64,000 nt of DNA, from positions 43,588,001 to 43,652,000 of the forward strand of contig OZ076409.1 in assembly GCA_964187785.1 (NCBI GenBank). The letters are read 5' to 3'. The DNA comes from Amphiscolops sp. MND2022. Taxonomy: Eukaryota. The notes below the pieces were generated by a model, which was given only the letters and a program-made list of their open reading frames with translations, was not told the DNA's origin and did no database searches. The stretch's first letter is position 1. Every line of letters begins with the position of its first letter. The position numbers were made by a program, and so were the translations under genes. Shown piece by piece: positions 26,946 through 40,715 of this stretch.

Positions 26946-27792
26946 TGTTGGCGCCAGTCATCAGCAGGCAACACAACTCAATTTGGAACATGATGGTTGA
27001 GAGACAAGACTTAAACTCCTAAAAACTTAGAAGAAATTTTGAAGAAACATCAAGCATCACAATTGGGGAAAACACCCCAAATGGGTTTTCTAGAAGACTC
27101 CTAGTCATAGAGCCGTGAAATTTGGCACACAATTTGGTAACTGATACGGACACACCGGACAAGTTTCAAGGTCATCTCTCTACTATAACCAACTTTACCC
27201 CTCACATGTGCGATGTTCAAGGTCATTGAGCCAAAAAGTTAACTTGGTTATTTACCCATATGACCATGTTAGAATGTAACTCTGTTGAAATTGATGATAT
27301 TTACATAGTTTAAACATGCTTTTGAGCCTACCTTACCAACATGCCATATCCACCACATACTTTGTTTACATAGCCAAAACCTTTAATTTTTTACTTAAAT
27401 GTCATTAATTTATACTTCATATTTTGACCTGTATTTATCGAATAATAGTGAACGATATGCATACCATAATTAATAGGACACAAATTGATTGGAAAGCTGT
27501 ATTCAAGTTGAGTCTCAGTACCATTTCGATTCTCAATTCAATTCTTCACCTCTTTTCAACGTTTCGCCAAAGAATTAGGACGACTAAGTAAGTTACTCTC
27601 AACTTGTCGAGAGCTGGACCCTTTAAGAGACAAGGAAGAAGTGCAATTCGTGATCATTTGATACTACTTAGTCAAGATATAGTCCTTTTATTCTAAGAAG
27701 CAAGCAGTGTTCGGTAACGATCCGCAGTGCCGAGCACCGAACTCAGGGCGGCGTAAAGTTTGGTCAAAAGAAGTGATCAAGCAGCCGTTACA
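26946..27792 (+). repeat. 3' LTR (847 bp)
   Basis: TGTTGG...GTTACA; direct repeat of 21749-22595. Confidence 0.95.
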
Positions 27793-28679
27793 ACATACTA
27801 AAGTTTAAAAGTACTCACACTCGACATTCGGTTGACCAAGCTTCAGTTTTTGCAGTGATTCAGTAAGCAAATCTTCTGATGGGACCCAACAAAAAGATAC
27901 TGATTCTACAAATTTTTTCGGATACCTTTTTGAATCTAATTGACTGTTTAGAGTCGAAAATAAGCTCATGGTAGCTCGATGATGGAAAAATTGTTGAAGC
28001 TGAAGAAACGCTGTGACTCAAAATTAAACCCACGAAGTTTGAATTGTTTTTTTTTGTTGACATCACTGGAAAACGACGGTCGACATTTTTATTTCGCTCT
28101 TGTTCACGGCTAGTCCCGGAATTGCCGTCAAGTCTATTGGAAAGAAAATTGATGAGCTGTAGAGAGGTAATGGAAATGTTTTTTGTTGAAAAACTGTTTG
28201 AGTCTACCAAAGTTGTTGTACTTCTTGAGAACTAGTACATGTTTAAACTATCCAACCCTCTTTGAAACGTATGAGTATACCGTACGTGACGGGCTTTAAA
28301 AAGTGAGTAACCTGAACTTGGACATTAGTTCGAAAACTTCGCTGGTTTTTCATGCTGAAAGGGATTGTCTTGGGTTTTCATCTGTATCATTATTAGCACT
28401 TTCCGCCTTATTGGCCTCAACTTGTAGAGAATTTTTCACGACGCTTTTCTCGGAAACGTTCGAAGATTTTTCGTTCATGAAAGCGCTTGAGAAGTGACTG
28501 AGTTTGACGAATGAACAGAAAAATTCTCTTGATACAACCCGAAAAAACTCGATCAAAACTGTCTATGTCAAATCCGACCAAGATTGAATTTCTAGAATGG
28601 ATGACAAACGTTCGAACGTTTTCAACACTCATCATAGAGAATTCAGGTTTTAGTGGCTGAACGTTGTCCTTGCAAGAAC

Positions 28680-29330
28680 CTGGAACTAAAATGAAATGAT
28701 CAGCAGCTTCAGATTTGGAATGGTCAATGTCTCGGAGCCAACATATGTGTTGCGCATACCTGCCACTGTGGTGAAACAATTTAACTGGCCGGTTCACACC
28801 GTCTTCGGTTCACCAAGAATGATTGTCGCTTCTCACGTCATGCTACTCTCACTTCTCTCCGAAAGCAGACGTTGGAATCTCTCGACTTGCCTTCAATGCT
28901 CGAAATGCGTGGACTGTACCGAAGTGATGTCAATCGTCCATTTGGTGTTACCATGATTCCTTGGGATATGGGTAAACAATTGGTGTGCGATGTCCCTGTT
29001 GCGGATTCTCTAGCATCCAGTCGCCCGAATCAAGGCTGCTTAAGCAACCGTGAAACCACCGCCACCGAGACTGAAGCACGTAAAACTGAGAAGTATTGCA
29101 ATTTGATAGACAAGGGACACATTGTTCAACAGGTGGCCATGTATGGTACCGAATTCTCTAGGCGAAAGCATTTATGCTTTCGTTACGCGTCGCTGTAAAA
29201 TGCTCTGTCCTTCTAAGATGATCAACAAGCTGGCAGCTTATTGAAGCAACGGATCGCAATGGCTCTTCAAGTTGGCAATTAGGACTGGGTTCTAAGAACG
29301 GCATGCAACAGATTCGTTTGAAGAAACGTA
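28680..29330 (+). mobile_element. CRE-like LINE 3' fragment (Zn finger plus REL endonuclease)
   Basis: LGANICVAHTCHCG...RFSRHATL and GLYRSDVNRPFGVTMIPWDMGKQLVCD. Same strand as the 21330 RT fragment, so possibly the same copy. Confidence 0.78.
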
Positions 29331-32300
29331 TTCGACAAAATACTGTTTGTAGGGACCAATTTGTTGCCTTGCAACTCAAAATTTAGATTGTGTTGTTTTT
29401 TTTTGTGTTGTATCGTTTCTGTCGGTCGACTGTGATAGTGGCCGATATGGGAAGGTTGTTGGTCGTTTTCATTTTGTTGATACCTGTCTACTGAGATTGT
29501 GGCTGGGATGGGGGTTCCTCCGTCTGCTGCAGACCACGTGTGAGTGCGTCTTCTCGCTCCAACATGATGACACCCATTGATGCACTTGATTGATGACGAA
29601 GATTCTTGGTATCTGATAGCGGAAAGAAAATTTGTACTTTATTGTATTTGTCGTAACCATCATCACTTTGTTCAGAGTCTACTGAACTTTCTCTACAGTG
29701 ATTATTGGGGTTACTTCTAGTTTTCATCGAATAGGCGAAATTGCTTCAAGTTTTCTGAGGTATTTGGCTAAATTTACTCAAATGCTGTCTATCTGACCGA
29801 GCATCGCACATCTGTGCTATTTCGTCGCCTCTACACGAATGCAGTTCATCAGACCTTAAGTCGCGTTGCTTATCTGTTTGGTCATCCATTTCCGGAGCAG
29901 TCTGTTTGACCTAAGGTCACACTGCTGGACCAATTGATCATTTCTTCTCAGGTGCAGTCCGTCTGACCTAATGTAATGTCACGATGCTTAGTCATTTGGC
30001 CAACTTTACCCATTTTGTCCCATTTTGTATTCAGATTGGATTTAGTCGGCTTCAACGCATTTTCTACTGATGGAAGTACCATAATAATTACCGAGACGTT
30101 GATGCAATCTCGGAGTTAATTGCATCCAAAATCTGTGACTTTAGATCAGTTTTCAGGTTTTCTAGGTGTCTTGAAACTTGGGATGATATTTCAGAATTTA
30201 TCGCTCTACTAGTTTTTTTCCAGTCAAACTACTATTCTCACTCAGATTAGTGTTTACGTAAGACTTGAATTCACTAACATTATGGTTCAATCCTTGATCC
30301 TGTCTTTTTTCCTCTTGCACTCCACAGGTATCCCTGTGATAACCGTATCATTACATCGAGATTTTCAATATCCGACATATCGTCAAATTGTCTACATCGT
30401 TTCTACCTCGCTTACTGTTTTTTAGTTGAAGGCATATTTAAAAGAGAAATTTAGTTTCAACAGTGAACTGTCAGATATAACAAATTGAACAGTTTCGTGT
30501 TTTGAGTGTAGGTAGTGTTATTAATCGATCCTTTTAGCAACGAGTTCCTCGTATATACAGTCTAAACAGCATGACGCGCATAAATTTGTGCGTCAGGTAG
30601 CTAAATTTAGGGTGAGATTAGTCTATATTTAACTTTAGCCCCGATATTAGGTCACACGTTCTAAAAATAGATCGAGTCACTGCACTTATGTCATATTGGA
30701 TGAAGAGATATAAACAGCATCAAGTGAATAATGTACTAGCTTGCATATTACCAATTCAAGGTTGAAACCAACATTTCATGTAACGATAGCATCAATATTC
30801 AGCAAAACGCTAATTCGGACCAAGCGTCAGTGTGACTGCAGTGAATGGTTCTCGCTGCGTTCTAATTGCTTGAGAATATGCTTGGTCTACACGTCATCCT
30901 GACTGCAGTGGCGAGTAGGTTGAACGCGTTTTCCAGCTTTATGACATGTTTTACAAAGTAATAAAGCACCTTTCAGCTTGTTCTACAACACAATCACGAA
31001 ACAATTGCACTAAACACATTTGACGCAACGTATATCTAAAAGAATCATCAAGCAAAGTAGTACAAAATAGTATCGAAACCAGTATTCGGGACAATTAAGT
31101 ATAAGAAGGCTGTAAAGATGAACTTCGGTCAATTTTTAGAAATTACTGCATGTTGCTTGAAATCATAATCGTATTTACTTTAACAGTACAAATACGTGTT
31201 AGTTTGTTCTTTTACTTCTTCGGACCTTAATAGTCTGACGTGTGATCCTTCAAGATAGCCCAAACTGGTTTCTTCTCTAATTTCGGGGAAATACTTGCCG
31301 CATATCACACATCCTGTGTGATACGCGTCGTTGGGCTGCCCGCAGGAAGCGAACGCTGTGATTGGTAGACCAGTGATATGCGGGTTATGTACACAATGGT
31401 TGTCATTTTGTTCATGTTGTTGTTGATTTTTGCACTAAAAAATTGCATTTGATCAAAGAGCGGGGGTGAAACTGGCGATTCAACCACTGGGTTGAGTTGG
31501 CTGCCCCCTGCAATTGGATGGTTCCGAACTGCTTGATTGGAATAGGTAGGGGGTGGATGACCTACCGCCCAGTTGATCAGCTCGTCGGGGTTCCGTAAAG
31601 GTATTGATGGTAACTGGAAAGGAATCGGCCAGCAGACTCAAGTCATCAAGACCTTGAGTCAATTCTTTCGTCATGACTCTTCCATCTTCCATTTGTAAGT
31701 TGTGGGGGGAACCGAGGGTTTTCGTAAAACAGGCCAATACTTGTAGTTCATCGTGTCCGACTTCTCTTTCCAGTAGATCTTGCACTGACGTGACAGAATC
31801 GACATCCATTTCCTATTCTGAGGACGCATATGACAAGCAGACCAGCGATCTGGGATGTTCTTCCATGTCAAAATGAAGGGGCATGTTCTCGCTGAAGCGA
31901 TTAAGTGTTTCCTTGCATTTTTGATTTGTCTCAAGTAGGGACGTCTGGTTTCTAGAAAGTTTGTGAGTGATGGTGAATGGTGTGATGCGGTCTTTATGAC
32001 CTAAGGTCTGACCGTATTTTTGCGGGAGATCGAAGCGGGAAGTTTTCCTAACCATTCCTTAATCTTCCAAATTCGGTTGTCGTCCCCTATTAGAATATCG
32101 ATCATCGGTAAATTTCTGTCACAAGTAGCTTGACTCTATGCCACTTGAGATTGTTTTCTCTTCATCTTCAAAGCTGTTGTTAGGCTAATAGAGTGTTTAC
32201 GATCACTAACTTTCTGTTAACAAACTTCATCAAAGACTCGCAAACAGCCTCACTGCAGTCTCAGGGCTGGCCAATCAAATTGTTTTGATGGGCTCATGAT

Positions 32301-34309
32301 AAAGTTGAATGAATTTGAGTGAAATGACTGATTATACGGAAGTACTTAATCTACATGAAATGATTTGTATTTGAGAGAAACTAAACGACAAAAACTCAGC
32401 GAAATAGTTAGGTTGACGTTGAGGGTCAAAGTTGAGCTATGAAGTAGCAGACTTAATCAGATACCCCACTGGCAGGTTCAGTACTTACATGTGACAAAAG
32501 GGTTAAATAATAGTAAAACTAGAAGTGTTCAAATGTTGATGCAAGTGAAAACAATTTACATGTAGCCACGACATCCAATAATTAGTGATAATTAACGTCT
32601 TGGTTACCTAAAGTAGTAGCAGAGAGCATCTGTTCGAGTATAGTAAGTATCTGCAGTTGATGGTAATGTCGTGAAAGTAAGTGCGTATAGTCAGAAGTAC
32701 CATTGGTCTAACTGCACATGTACTTTTGATTACATAATTGATTGCAGTCAAGTGGACGTTGTGTCAGGCTGAGTAAATAATACCTTCTCGCGTGAAAACG
32801 TTCAGTTATTTGTAGTATTATTGTATGTATTAGCGAAATGTGTTGACGAATGATTTGTTCCAAGTAAATAATTGCGCTTCAGGTCCATTCCATTGTTGTG
32901 CGTTGTTTCATTTTGCGTGTTATAATCAGATTTCCAAGCAGCATCACTTGAGCTATACTGACTTGCTTCCTTCTTTCAGTGTAGTCTCTCTGACCTTGGG
33001 TTCTTATCAGTTTCGACACTAATTCACACTATAGTCAAATTGACTTTGTGTCAACTTTGATCGCAATAAACATACACACCACTCTACTTTTCAACTGCAT
33101 TTGTCTCATTATCTTGAATGCTGGAAATATTAAGTAGAAAACTAGTAACAATTTTGATCCGACTTTTACGCAGCTCAAGCAGTCCAGGCTGAAGCAGAAG
33201 ATATTGAGCAACTGGAAGCAATGTTTGATCAGTCCTTCGGTCCAACAACTTCCAGTCAAATCAACGGCTCAATTCAAGAATTTTCGTCATGGAAAGTCCT
33301 TCAGGTTGGTTCGTTTGAACGTGTTAAAATTCAGCGTGATCGGAGGTTTCATTTAACTGAACTACTTCCTCCATCGTGAAAAAAAATGATGTGTGAATAT
33401 TTAAACTTGGTTCCGGAAGTCTATAAAGCTGCTAGATGGATGTTTTTGCAGGCGAGTTTTCATATCTTTTCCTTTAGATAATGGAACAGATGGCCAACCA
33501 GACAGTGAGTATGAGGAAGCAATGGATACAAGTCTTGTGACTTTAGACGTTCCCGATCATTTGAGTACCACTTCTAGCGGCGTCATAAGGGGCTACGAAA
33601 TTACCTCTCCTAGTCCAGAGCGTACTGAACCCATTACTGAGCAAACTGATGTCAAATCAATGAAGCTGGAACCAGAAGTCTCAACGTTCCAGTTGTATTC
33701 AGAGATTTTTCGAAGAGGCGGATTTTCTGTCAGCAGTAGTCGGTCTGATGAAAGCTGCTGGGCTTACATTGCCCGCAAGTTAGAGGCTTTAGAATCCACC
33801 CAAGAAAACCTCCCCGACATTGCGTCGCACGATGAAGTTAAACAGAATGAGAGTGAACGACTGGAGGTCTTCCCTAACTTCGAGTCATCTAACGCCCCTA
33901 ACGAACATACTGTTGAAACATCAGCTAATTTCTTCCGGAACCTACAAGACTGTTTTCCAGCCTCCGCGATGATAATTTCTGCGATAGTCACAAGAAAGGC
34001 AGTGTCGCGATTAACGATAATGAAGACGATTTGGAGTTTTCACCGGCGTACGAGCACCATTCCCTCTGAAGGACTTGGACGTCTAGTCACGCTGACCCAG
34101 TGATTGTTAGTAGTCCTGGTCACGAACCTAGCACATCCGATTTGAACAGTGAAATGGGAGAATCTCATCCGCCTGATCAAGTGTCAAATCGTGATGCAAG
34201 ATCAACACTCGCTGATGCTTCGGCTGCTCCAGCCCACAAATTCACAGAACGTTCTGGTCACGTTCCGTTCTTTTACTCATCAGACGACGAATCCAAATAT
34301 TTTGACAAT

Positions 34310-34375
34310 ATCGGGATTCGAACCCACGATCTTTTGCCTTGACGGCTAACGCGCATCGTTTTTCGCCCAACTGCC
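34310..34375 (-). other. tRNA-like segment (B-box GGGTTCGAATCCC) near the start of the BEL-C 3' LTR
   Basis: Minus strand reads TTAGCCGTCAAGGCAAAAGATCGTGGGTTCGAATCCCG. No complete cloverleaf. Confidence 0.45.
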
Positions 34376-37300
34376 ATATTTGTTTATTTCAAACTAACGT
34401 TATTGCTACCGCAACATCTTTCGGGCCCAAGGAGGTAAGGAAAGTTTTATAGTCACAACAATTTTTTTTTCACTATTTTACATGTTCTTACTTGAAAATA
34501 TTTTTTTCATACATGTTGATACATGGAGCATAAATGTAGGAAGTTGAGGAAACAGAACATTGTTCATTCGGGAAGGGGAAGGACGGGAGCGAGTTTGATT
34601 ACTGGGCGTACAAGGTTACCAGATGCTGTTCTGACTTCGGGGGACCTGGCGACGGCGTCTGTGCCGAAGTTAAGCTTTACGACACGAGCTAGTGGACAGT
34701 GCCCTCTAAGTGAGTTCGGTTCATCAATCCACACGAGATCTCCGGTCTTAAGATCTCTGTTTGGGTGCGATGACCACTTCGAACGGCGGTTCAGAGTACT
34801 CGAGCGTAACGCTTGCGATGGTCGACGTCTGCTTGTTGATGCGAATGCAGTACTGTACTTGAAGTTCCATGTAGAAAATGATTTGGAGCTAAGGCGTCGA
34901 AATCGGTCGCATCTGCACTTGCAGGTATTAACCGTTGTGCATTCAAACCTTGTTCTACGAGGCAGAACGTGGTTGCAAGATTTTCAGCTGTCAGACGTCT
35001 ATTTCCGAGGACAGCGTAGAACACGTGCTTGAAACTACGGACTAAACGTTCCCAAACACATCCATATTGCGGAGCACTGGGTGGGTTAAATTTCCATTTG
35101 ATTCGTTTCTTCACAAGTGATTCTGCGATGACTTGTTGAATCCAGTTTCTGATGTTCTGTGAGAGTTCTTTGTCACTCGCTATAAAGTTGGTGCCGTTGT
35201 CTGACCAGAGAACTGATCGAGTGCCTCGTCGGGCAGCAAATCGTTCAATTCCCATCACACAACTACTGGTGTCCATTGATGGCACAACTTCACAATGGAC
35301 GGTGCGAGTAGTTAGGCAACTGAATCCCCAGCGTTTCTGAGTAGAACGTTTCATGGACACGTAGAATGGACCAAAGTAGTCGACTCCAGTGTTGCTGAAT
35401 GGAAGTTCTCTACATGCGAGTCTCTCCCGTGGAATATTGGACATCATTGGAGCTAACGTCTCAGCTTTGCGTTTAAGGCATGTGAAGCACCTGGATACAA
35501 TTGATCTCAAGGTTGGTCTCAATTTGACAATTGCGTACTCTTGTTGGATCAACGCCCTCAAGTATTCAACACCTTGGTGGCATTGATTTCCTCGAAAGTT
35601 TTCCAGGAGAACTCGAACTAATGGATGACGGGTATCTAGTAGAAATGGGTGTTTCATGTCAAATGAAGTAACACCCAGCTGTTTTGTGCGACCAGAAGCT
35701 CGCAATAGGCCATTAGGTCCAATGAAACGGAAAAATGCAACAATTTTAGAAGACTTGCTGAGGGGGGATGACTTCAATAAGCATTTCTATTCAGTATTCA
35801 AGGACTCGAGTTGTACCAGATGGAACAATCGCTGTTGGTCATCGTCGAGTTCAGCTGGATCGCTAATGAATCAAATGTCAGTGCGCTTGGATTCGTTCTT
35901 GGGAAGGAGTCGCAACATGTAAGCCACAATCCGCAGAAGTTTCTCGTGAGAACTGTACTTCGGTCATTCGAAAGTTGTTGCAATTTCGATTACTGTTGCA
36001 AAAATTGTACTACAATGATATTCTTTAGTTTCGATAACTTTAGTGGAATCAGCGCTTTTGTTGAACTTTAGTTTCTGACGAAAATCGTCTGGCGATTTGA
36101 TGGGGAAGTCGGATGTTTCTAAAAAGTTCCGTCCAGTCAGCCAACAACTGTTCAAAGAGCAGTTGCAGACAATCCACGGGTGCCCGCATCACCTAGGTTG
36201 TGAGCTGTAGGGACGTAATGCCACCCATTGCATTGCAGTTAACTGCAGAATCCCGCATACTCGGTTCGCAACAAGTATGGGTTGCTTTTCTAAGGAAGTT
36301 AACAACTGAAGCACAGTTGAACTATGGCTCCACATAAAAGTTTTGTCTATCGTCAAAGACAGTGCACAGAGGAGCTTGTCACGAAGTCGTGCTGCAAGTA
36401 ATGCGGCTTCTAGTTCCAACTTTAGAACAGTCAGTGCCTCCATAGGGGCGACTCTCGCTTTCCCAAAGACGAAAGCCAGTTGCGTCACAACACCGTGGTC
36501 GTTTATTAGTTTTCCTCGCAAGCAAGCGTTTGCGCTGAAAGCACCTTGTGAGCTATCACCAACCACGTGTAGCTGAATCGTTTCGACAGTTTGACAGAAG
36601 TAACTTTTTGGTATTGAATCTCATTCAAGGTTGAGAACTCTTTGCTTCACCCAGGAAATTACTTACAATTTTGTCTGGCAAGTTGTCGTTCCACTGCTGG
36701 CCACTAAGCCTCCAAATGTCTTTCAAAAGCAAGCGCCCATTGATGGTGAACGGCGCGAGGGGACCAATTGGGTCGTATACAGCGGATACCAAACTCAGAA
36801 CAACACTTTGAGTAACAGTTCTGTCGGTTTTTGGACTTATTCCTCTGCTAACTACTAGGGTGTCTGTTGAGTGATTCCATTCCAGTCCAAGAACTTCTGA
36901 GAGTTTCTCTGCAGTTGGAATTTCTTTGTTTTCCGTAGTTCTGTTGTCGCTGTTCGGATCCACCTCGATGGGGATGCTTCGTACATTAAACACCAACTTT
37001 GTCAGTTTAAACCCTCCGAAAGTAAGCATTTTAACAAGATCCTTCGCTTTGTTTGAAGCTTCGAGGCTTCGTTAGCTGTAGCACTTGATTCGAGGTAATC
37101 GTTCATATAAAAGTTGTTGTGAACGCTTCGTGCTGCATCCGGAAAGTTGGCTTGGTTATCTGTGGCAGTTTGTTTCAGAGCGTAGTTAGCGCATGTTGGC
37201 GAATCTTTGGAGCCGAAAATATGACGAACATACTAGATCACAAAAAATGTAGCTGCTGGGTGCTCCCGCCATAAAAATCAGAGTGAAGGTCTGTCAGGTG

Positions 37301-40300
37301 GGATAACTCCAACTTGGAGAAACCTTCCTTCGACGTCCGCAGATACAGCAAAAGGATATTGACGGAAACGGAAAAGAATGTGGATTAGGCTCTGCCGCAA
37401 ACATGGTCCTGCTAAAAGAGCACTGTTCAAGTACTGACCACAAATTTTTGCGGCTCCATTAAGAACCCTACAGACTTTGCCAGGCTTGTGAGGATGCACG
37501 ACCGGATGGTGCGGTAAATACAATTCGCGGGGCTGGTCTACTTTAAAACATTCAGCTTTTTCTACTCGAACAAAATAACTTTTCGAGAAGTCATCCCTAA
37601 TTCTTTTCGCGTAGCTGTCTTTCAAATTGGTGCCCTTTTGAAGACGTCGCTCTAGCGATTTCAGTTGAACGAGAGCAGAAAAAAAGTAATTGTTTGTTAA
37701 ACAACTTTTGTCATCGGCCCACAACTTACCAACTTGGTATCGGGACCCATCGTGGTATGTTGTTTCATCAAGTATCTTCGTCGCTCTCGTGTCGGTTGCG
37801 GAACGGGAATCCACTTGTTTGTACGCGCCGTATGATTCAATGTCGTACCAGCTTCGAAGTCGGTCGGAGAGTGTACAATCGTGCTCTTTCTGGGTAACAG
37901 TTTTCAAGCATGTCGTAAACAGACCCGTGGTCGACGGAAAGGGTCCACTCAGTACCCAGAACAACAGTAAACGGACAGGAACTGGGGTATTTCGGCGGTC
38001 GGATTCGAAATACTCCAGTGGACGGATCGGGTGGAAAACGTACTGACCAAGAATCATTTTCACATCATCTACGTCAATTACATCACTTCCAATAGTCAAT
38101 TGATCTCGCACATCAGGTTTGACAGTAAAGGAGGAGCAAAAGCCACCCGAGTGAACCGGTGTCAATTTGAGCTCGAGCATTTGAGTGTCAACAACCTTAT
38201 TGGAGTTAATTCCGTGTACAGTCTATTTTGTAGGTGTGCCGCACACGTCAAATTTGCGAGCAAGTTCAGAGGAAATCCAAGAATGACTACACGCTGAGTC
38301 GCACAAAACTAAAACCTTTTCAGATTTCTCTGAATCTCTGAAGGTTGCAATACCACTTCCAATGTTTGTAACAATCTTTTTACGTCAGACAGAGACGGAA
38401 GGGAGGCATGAAGTTACTTCGTTTTTCTTTTGGGTCGCTGTCGTTACGCTACATGTAGTTGTTTCACCGTTGCTCCCTTTCCCGGATTCAGGTTTCCTAG
38501 GGAAAATCCTTTCTGCACCATGTAGGAAAGTGTTGTGCGTATTTCCACAGCCATCTTTGGTGCATTTCCGGGGATGGGGACAATTGCGGAACGATTTTTG
38601 TCCATTAAAGCATAAGAAGCAAAGTTTGTTCTCGGCAACAACTTTCGCTCGTTCAGTTGGAGTCTTCTTTCGAAACGCTTGACATCGCCACAATGGATGT
38701 TCATCTTTGCAAACTACACAACTGACTTAGGATTTCTGGGTTGACGGCTTGGTTGCCATGATATTTCTAGTAGAAGTTGCTGTTGCAGCGAACACTTCAG
38801 AATTGGTCTTGGGTTTCGTTACGTTTCTTCAACTTTTGTTTTTCCAGAGGAAGCTTTCATCCTCTCGTGAGCTTCAGCTTTGCCCTTCAGCCAATTGTTG
38901 AAGTCAATCAGAGTCGGTCGGTTCAAAATCGCGCTTCATTGTATGCATTAACCATCCTCGTTTCAAGTTGGGTGGAAGCTTTTGAACCGCTTGACCGATA
39001 GGAGTAGCGCATAACACGCAGTTATGGCATTGAAAAATTCGTTTTGAACCTCATGCGGACAGTCAAGTCCGGACACAGTCCAAAACTGGGAGGAAAGTTG
39101 TTGCGACTTCAACCTGACAATGAAGGCTGGACACTGTCACAACAACGAAGCGTTTGGGAGGAAGAAACTTCACTCTGTTTTGAAGCAGTGCTCGTCAAAG
39201 CCTTACGGGCATGTTTACTCAGGTCGCTAAGGGCGACGTTTGGCTGTAATCTGCGCTAGATCGGTTTCTTGTCGTAGACGGATGTCCAAATTTTTGAGCT
39301 CAAACTCAGGGCTCTGGTGTATTGCCTCCAATTTGTTCAAAATTTTCGGATCGTTTTGCTTTCTTGTCGAAAAGAAAACGAATTCAATTCGGAAAACAGG
39401 AATGCTTTTGGTTTTTAGAATATCAGGAACGTCGGGCGTTCGAATTCGGTGGCAATACACACGAGCCTGGAGTTTGCTTTCTACAGATTTCAATTCAATT
39501 ATTCTAGTAACTCAGATACAGAGAGCGCTCGAAAATTGTTGCTTTTATGTTTCGACAAGCTAACGTTCAGCACATCATGCCAGATAGCAACCTCAGTTGT
39601 TTCAGCGAAAACTTTTCGCAGCGAATTTTGAACAATATTTTGCGGGTTTTTCGCGTGACTATTCAGGCTAAGGCCCGGAAAATTTTTTCGTTGAAGGCTT
39701 TTTTTCTGGGGTTTAATGTATCATGAGCGTGATGCAACGAGCTGGCTCCCGAAATGAACACCATCAAATAAAAACTGATGTCTTTTTGTGTAGATTCTAA
39801 ACCGTTTTTCATCAGCTTCAACTCAGTTTGAGAAGAAACACTTGAGTTTTTAATCGTTTTTTCGAAACGAGTCGTGAACATGAGAGGATGAGTTTCTTTA
39901 AGCATATGATATTTTTTCATATACGAAAGAGAGTTCTCAACGAGTTTTTTAAGGTAAGACGGAATTTTTTCAAAAATCTGGTTAGAAAGCTTTTTAGGTG
40001 CTTTTTGTGAAAGGATGCAATCAATATTTTACGGGTTTTTTCGATTAGATTCAAAGGCCTCGCTATAAATGAAGCACCAAATCAACAGTTTTGAAAATTT
40101 ATCAAATTCGGTGTTTTTTTCAAAAAAATACCAGTTGGTTGTAGTAGTCGGGTTTGAGGGTCACATTTCTCAATTGAGATCAGTGTTCTTCCCTTTCCGG
40201 GATCAAGTGCGGGTTCACTTTCGGTGGTGCCGTGGATTGCCTCGTCTGTGTAGGCGGGGTGGGGCACTTTCGTCTGCGCGGGTCACCTTCGTCTTTCTGT

Positions 40301-40715
40301 AGGTAGAAACACCCTCAACTGTGGGTGGAAACACACTCGACTGCAGGGGGGGGCTAATTAAGAATATTCGGCTCTAACGAAGGAATGAAACGTAATTTTC
40401 ATTAGTAAAAACTAAAATTCAACTAAAATTATAATCAGTAGTGAAGTAAAAACTTTGATGACCAACCAGAGTTCTGAGGTCGTCGGCAAAAAACAAGCTT
40501 TGCAAAAATTCCTCGAGACTGGATTAGGCCTCTCAAGGGCCCGAAAAATCTTTAGATGACTAAAGTCTATTAAATTAGGATTTCAAAGAATTGAAGTAAA
40601 AATAATATTAACCGCCAAGTCAAACTTGATCACAAAATATAAGAATATGACTCACATGTCGCCAAACTGCCATTACATTTGTTCATTTAAAATTAACGTT
40701 ACTGCTACCGCAACA
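34360..40715 (-). mobile_element. Third BEL/Pao element (BEL-C), degenerate, gag N-terminus deleted
   Basis: LTR starts TGTTGCGGTAGCA at 40715 and 34416, but the two match for only ~55 bp. pol lies between them. The downstream extent of the 3' LTR is undefined. Confidence 0.85.
34570..39000 (-). pseudogene. BEL-C gag-pol (Zn knuckle, protease, RT, RNase H, integrase, DUF5641)
   Basis: CFLCFNGQK; LYLPHHPVVHPHKPGK; FYMNDYL; DPIGPLAPF; GKARVAP; TGVDYFGP...SDNGTNF...WERLVRSFK; RPVIKLAP. Confidence 0.95.

Larger units (their letters stand above)
21749..27792 (+). mobile_element. Non-autonomous BEL/Pao-derived LTR element (no RT, RNase H or integrase core)
   Basis: 847-bp TG..CA LTRs; PBS TGGTCCGCCGACCCGG at 22598; BEL C-terminal RPVIKLAP at 26879; AAAAACAGGGCCAGCGA just before the 3' LTR. 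TSD is poor (ACACC vs ACATA). Confidence 0.88.

Noticed and set aside
27794..28670. Possible homology with 39200-40000
   Set aside because: Only compositional and short-word similarity by eye; not supportable without an alignment.
33436..33480. Possible micro-intron joining MDVFA to the 33522 ORF
   Set aside because: It would need a 26-nt GC-AG intron, which is too short and has no other support.
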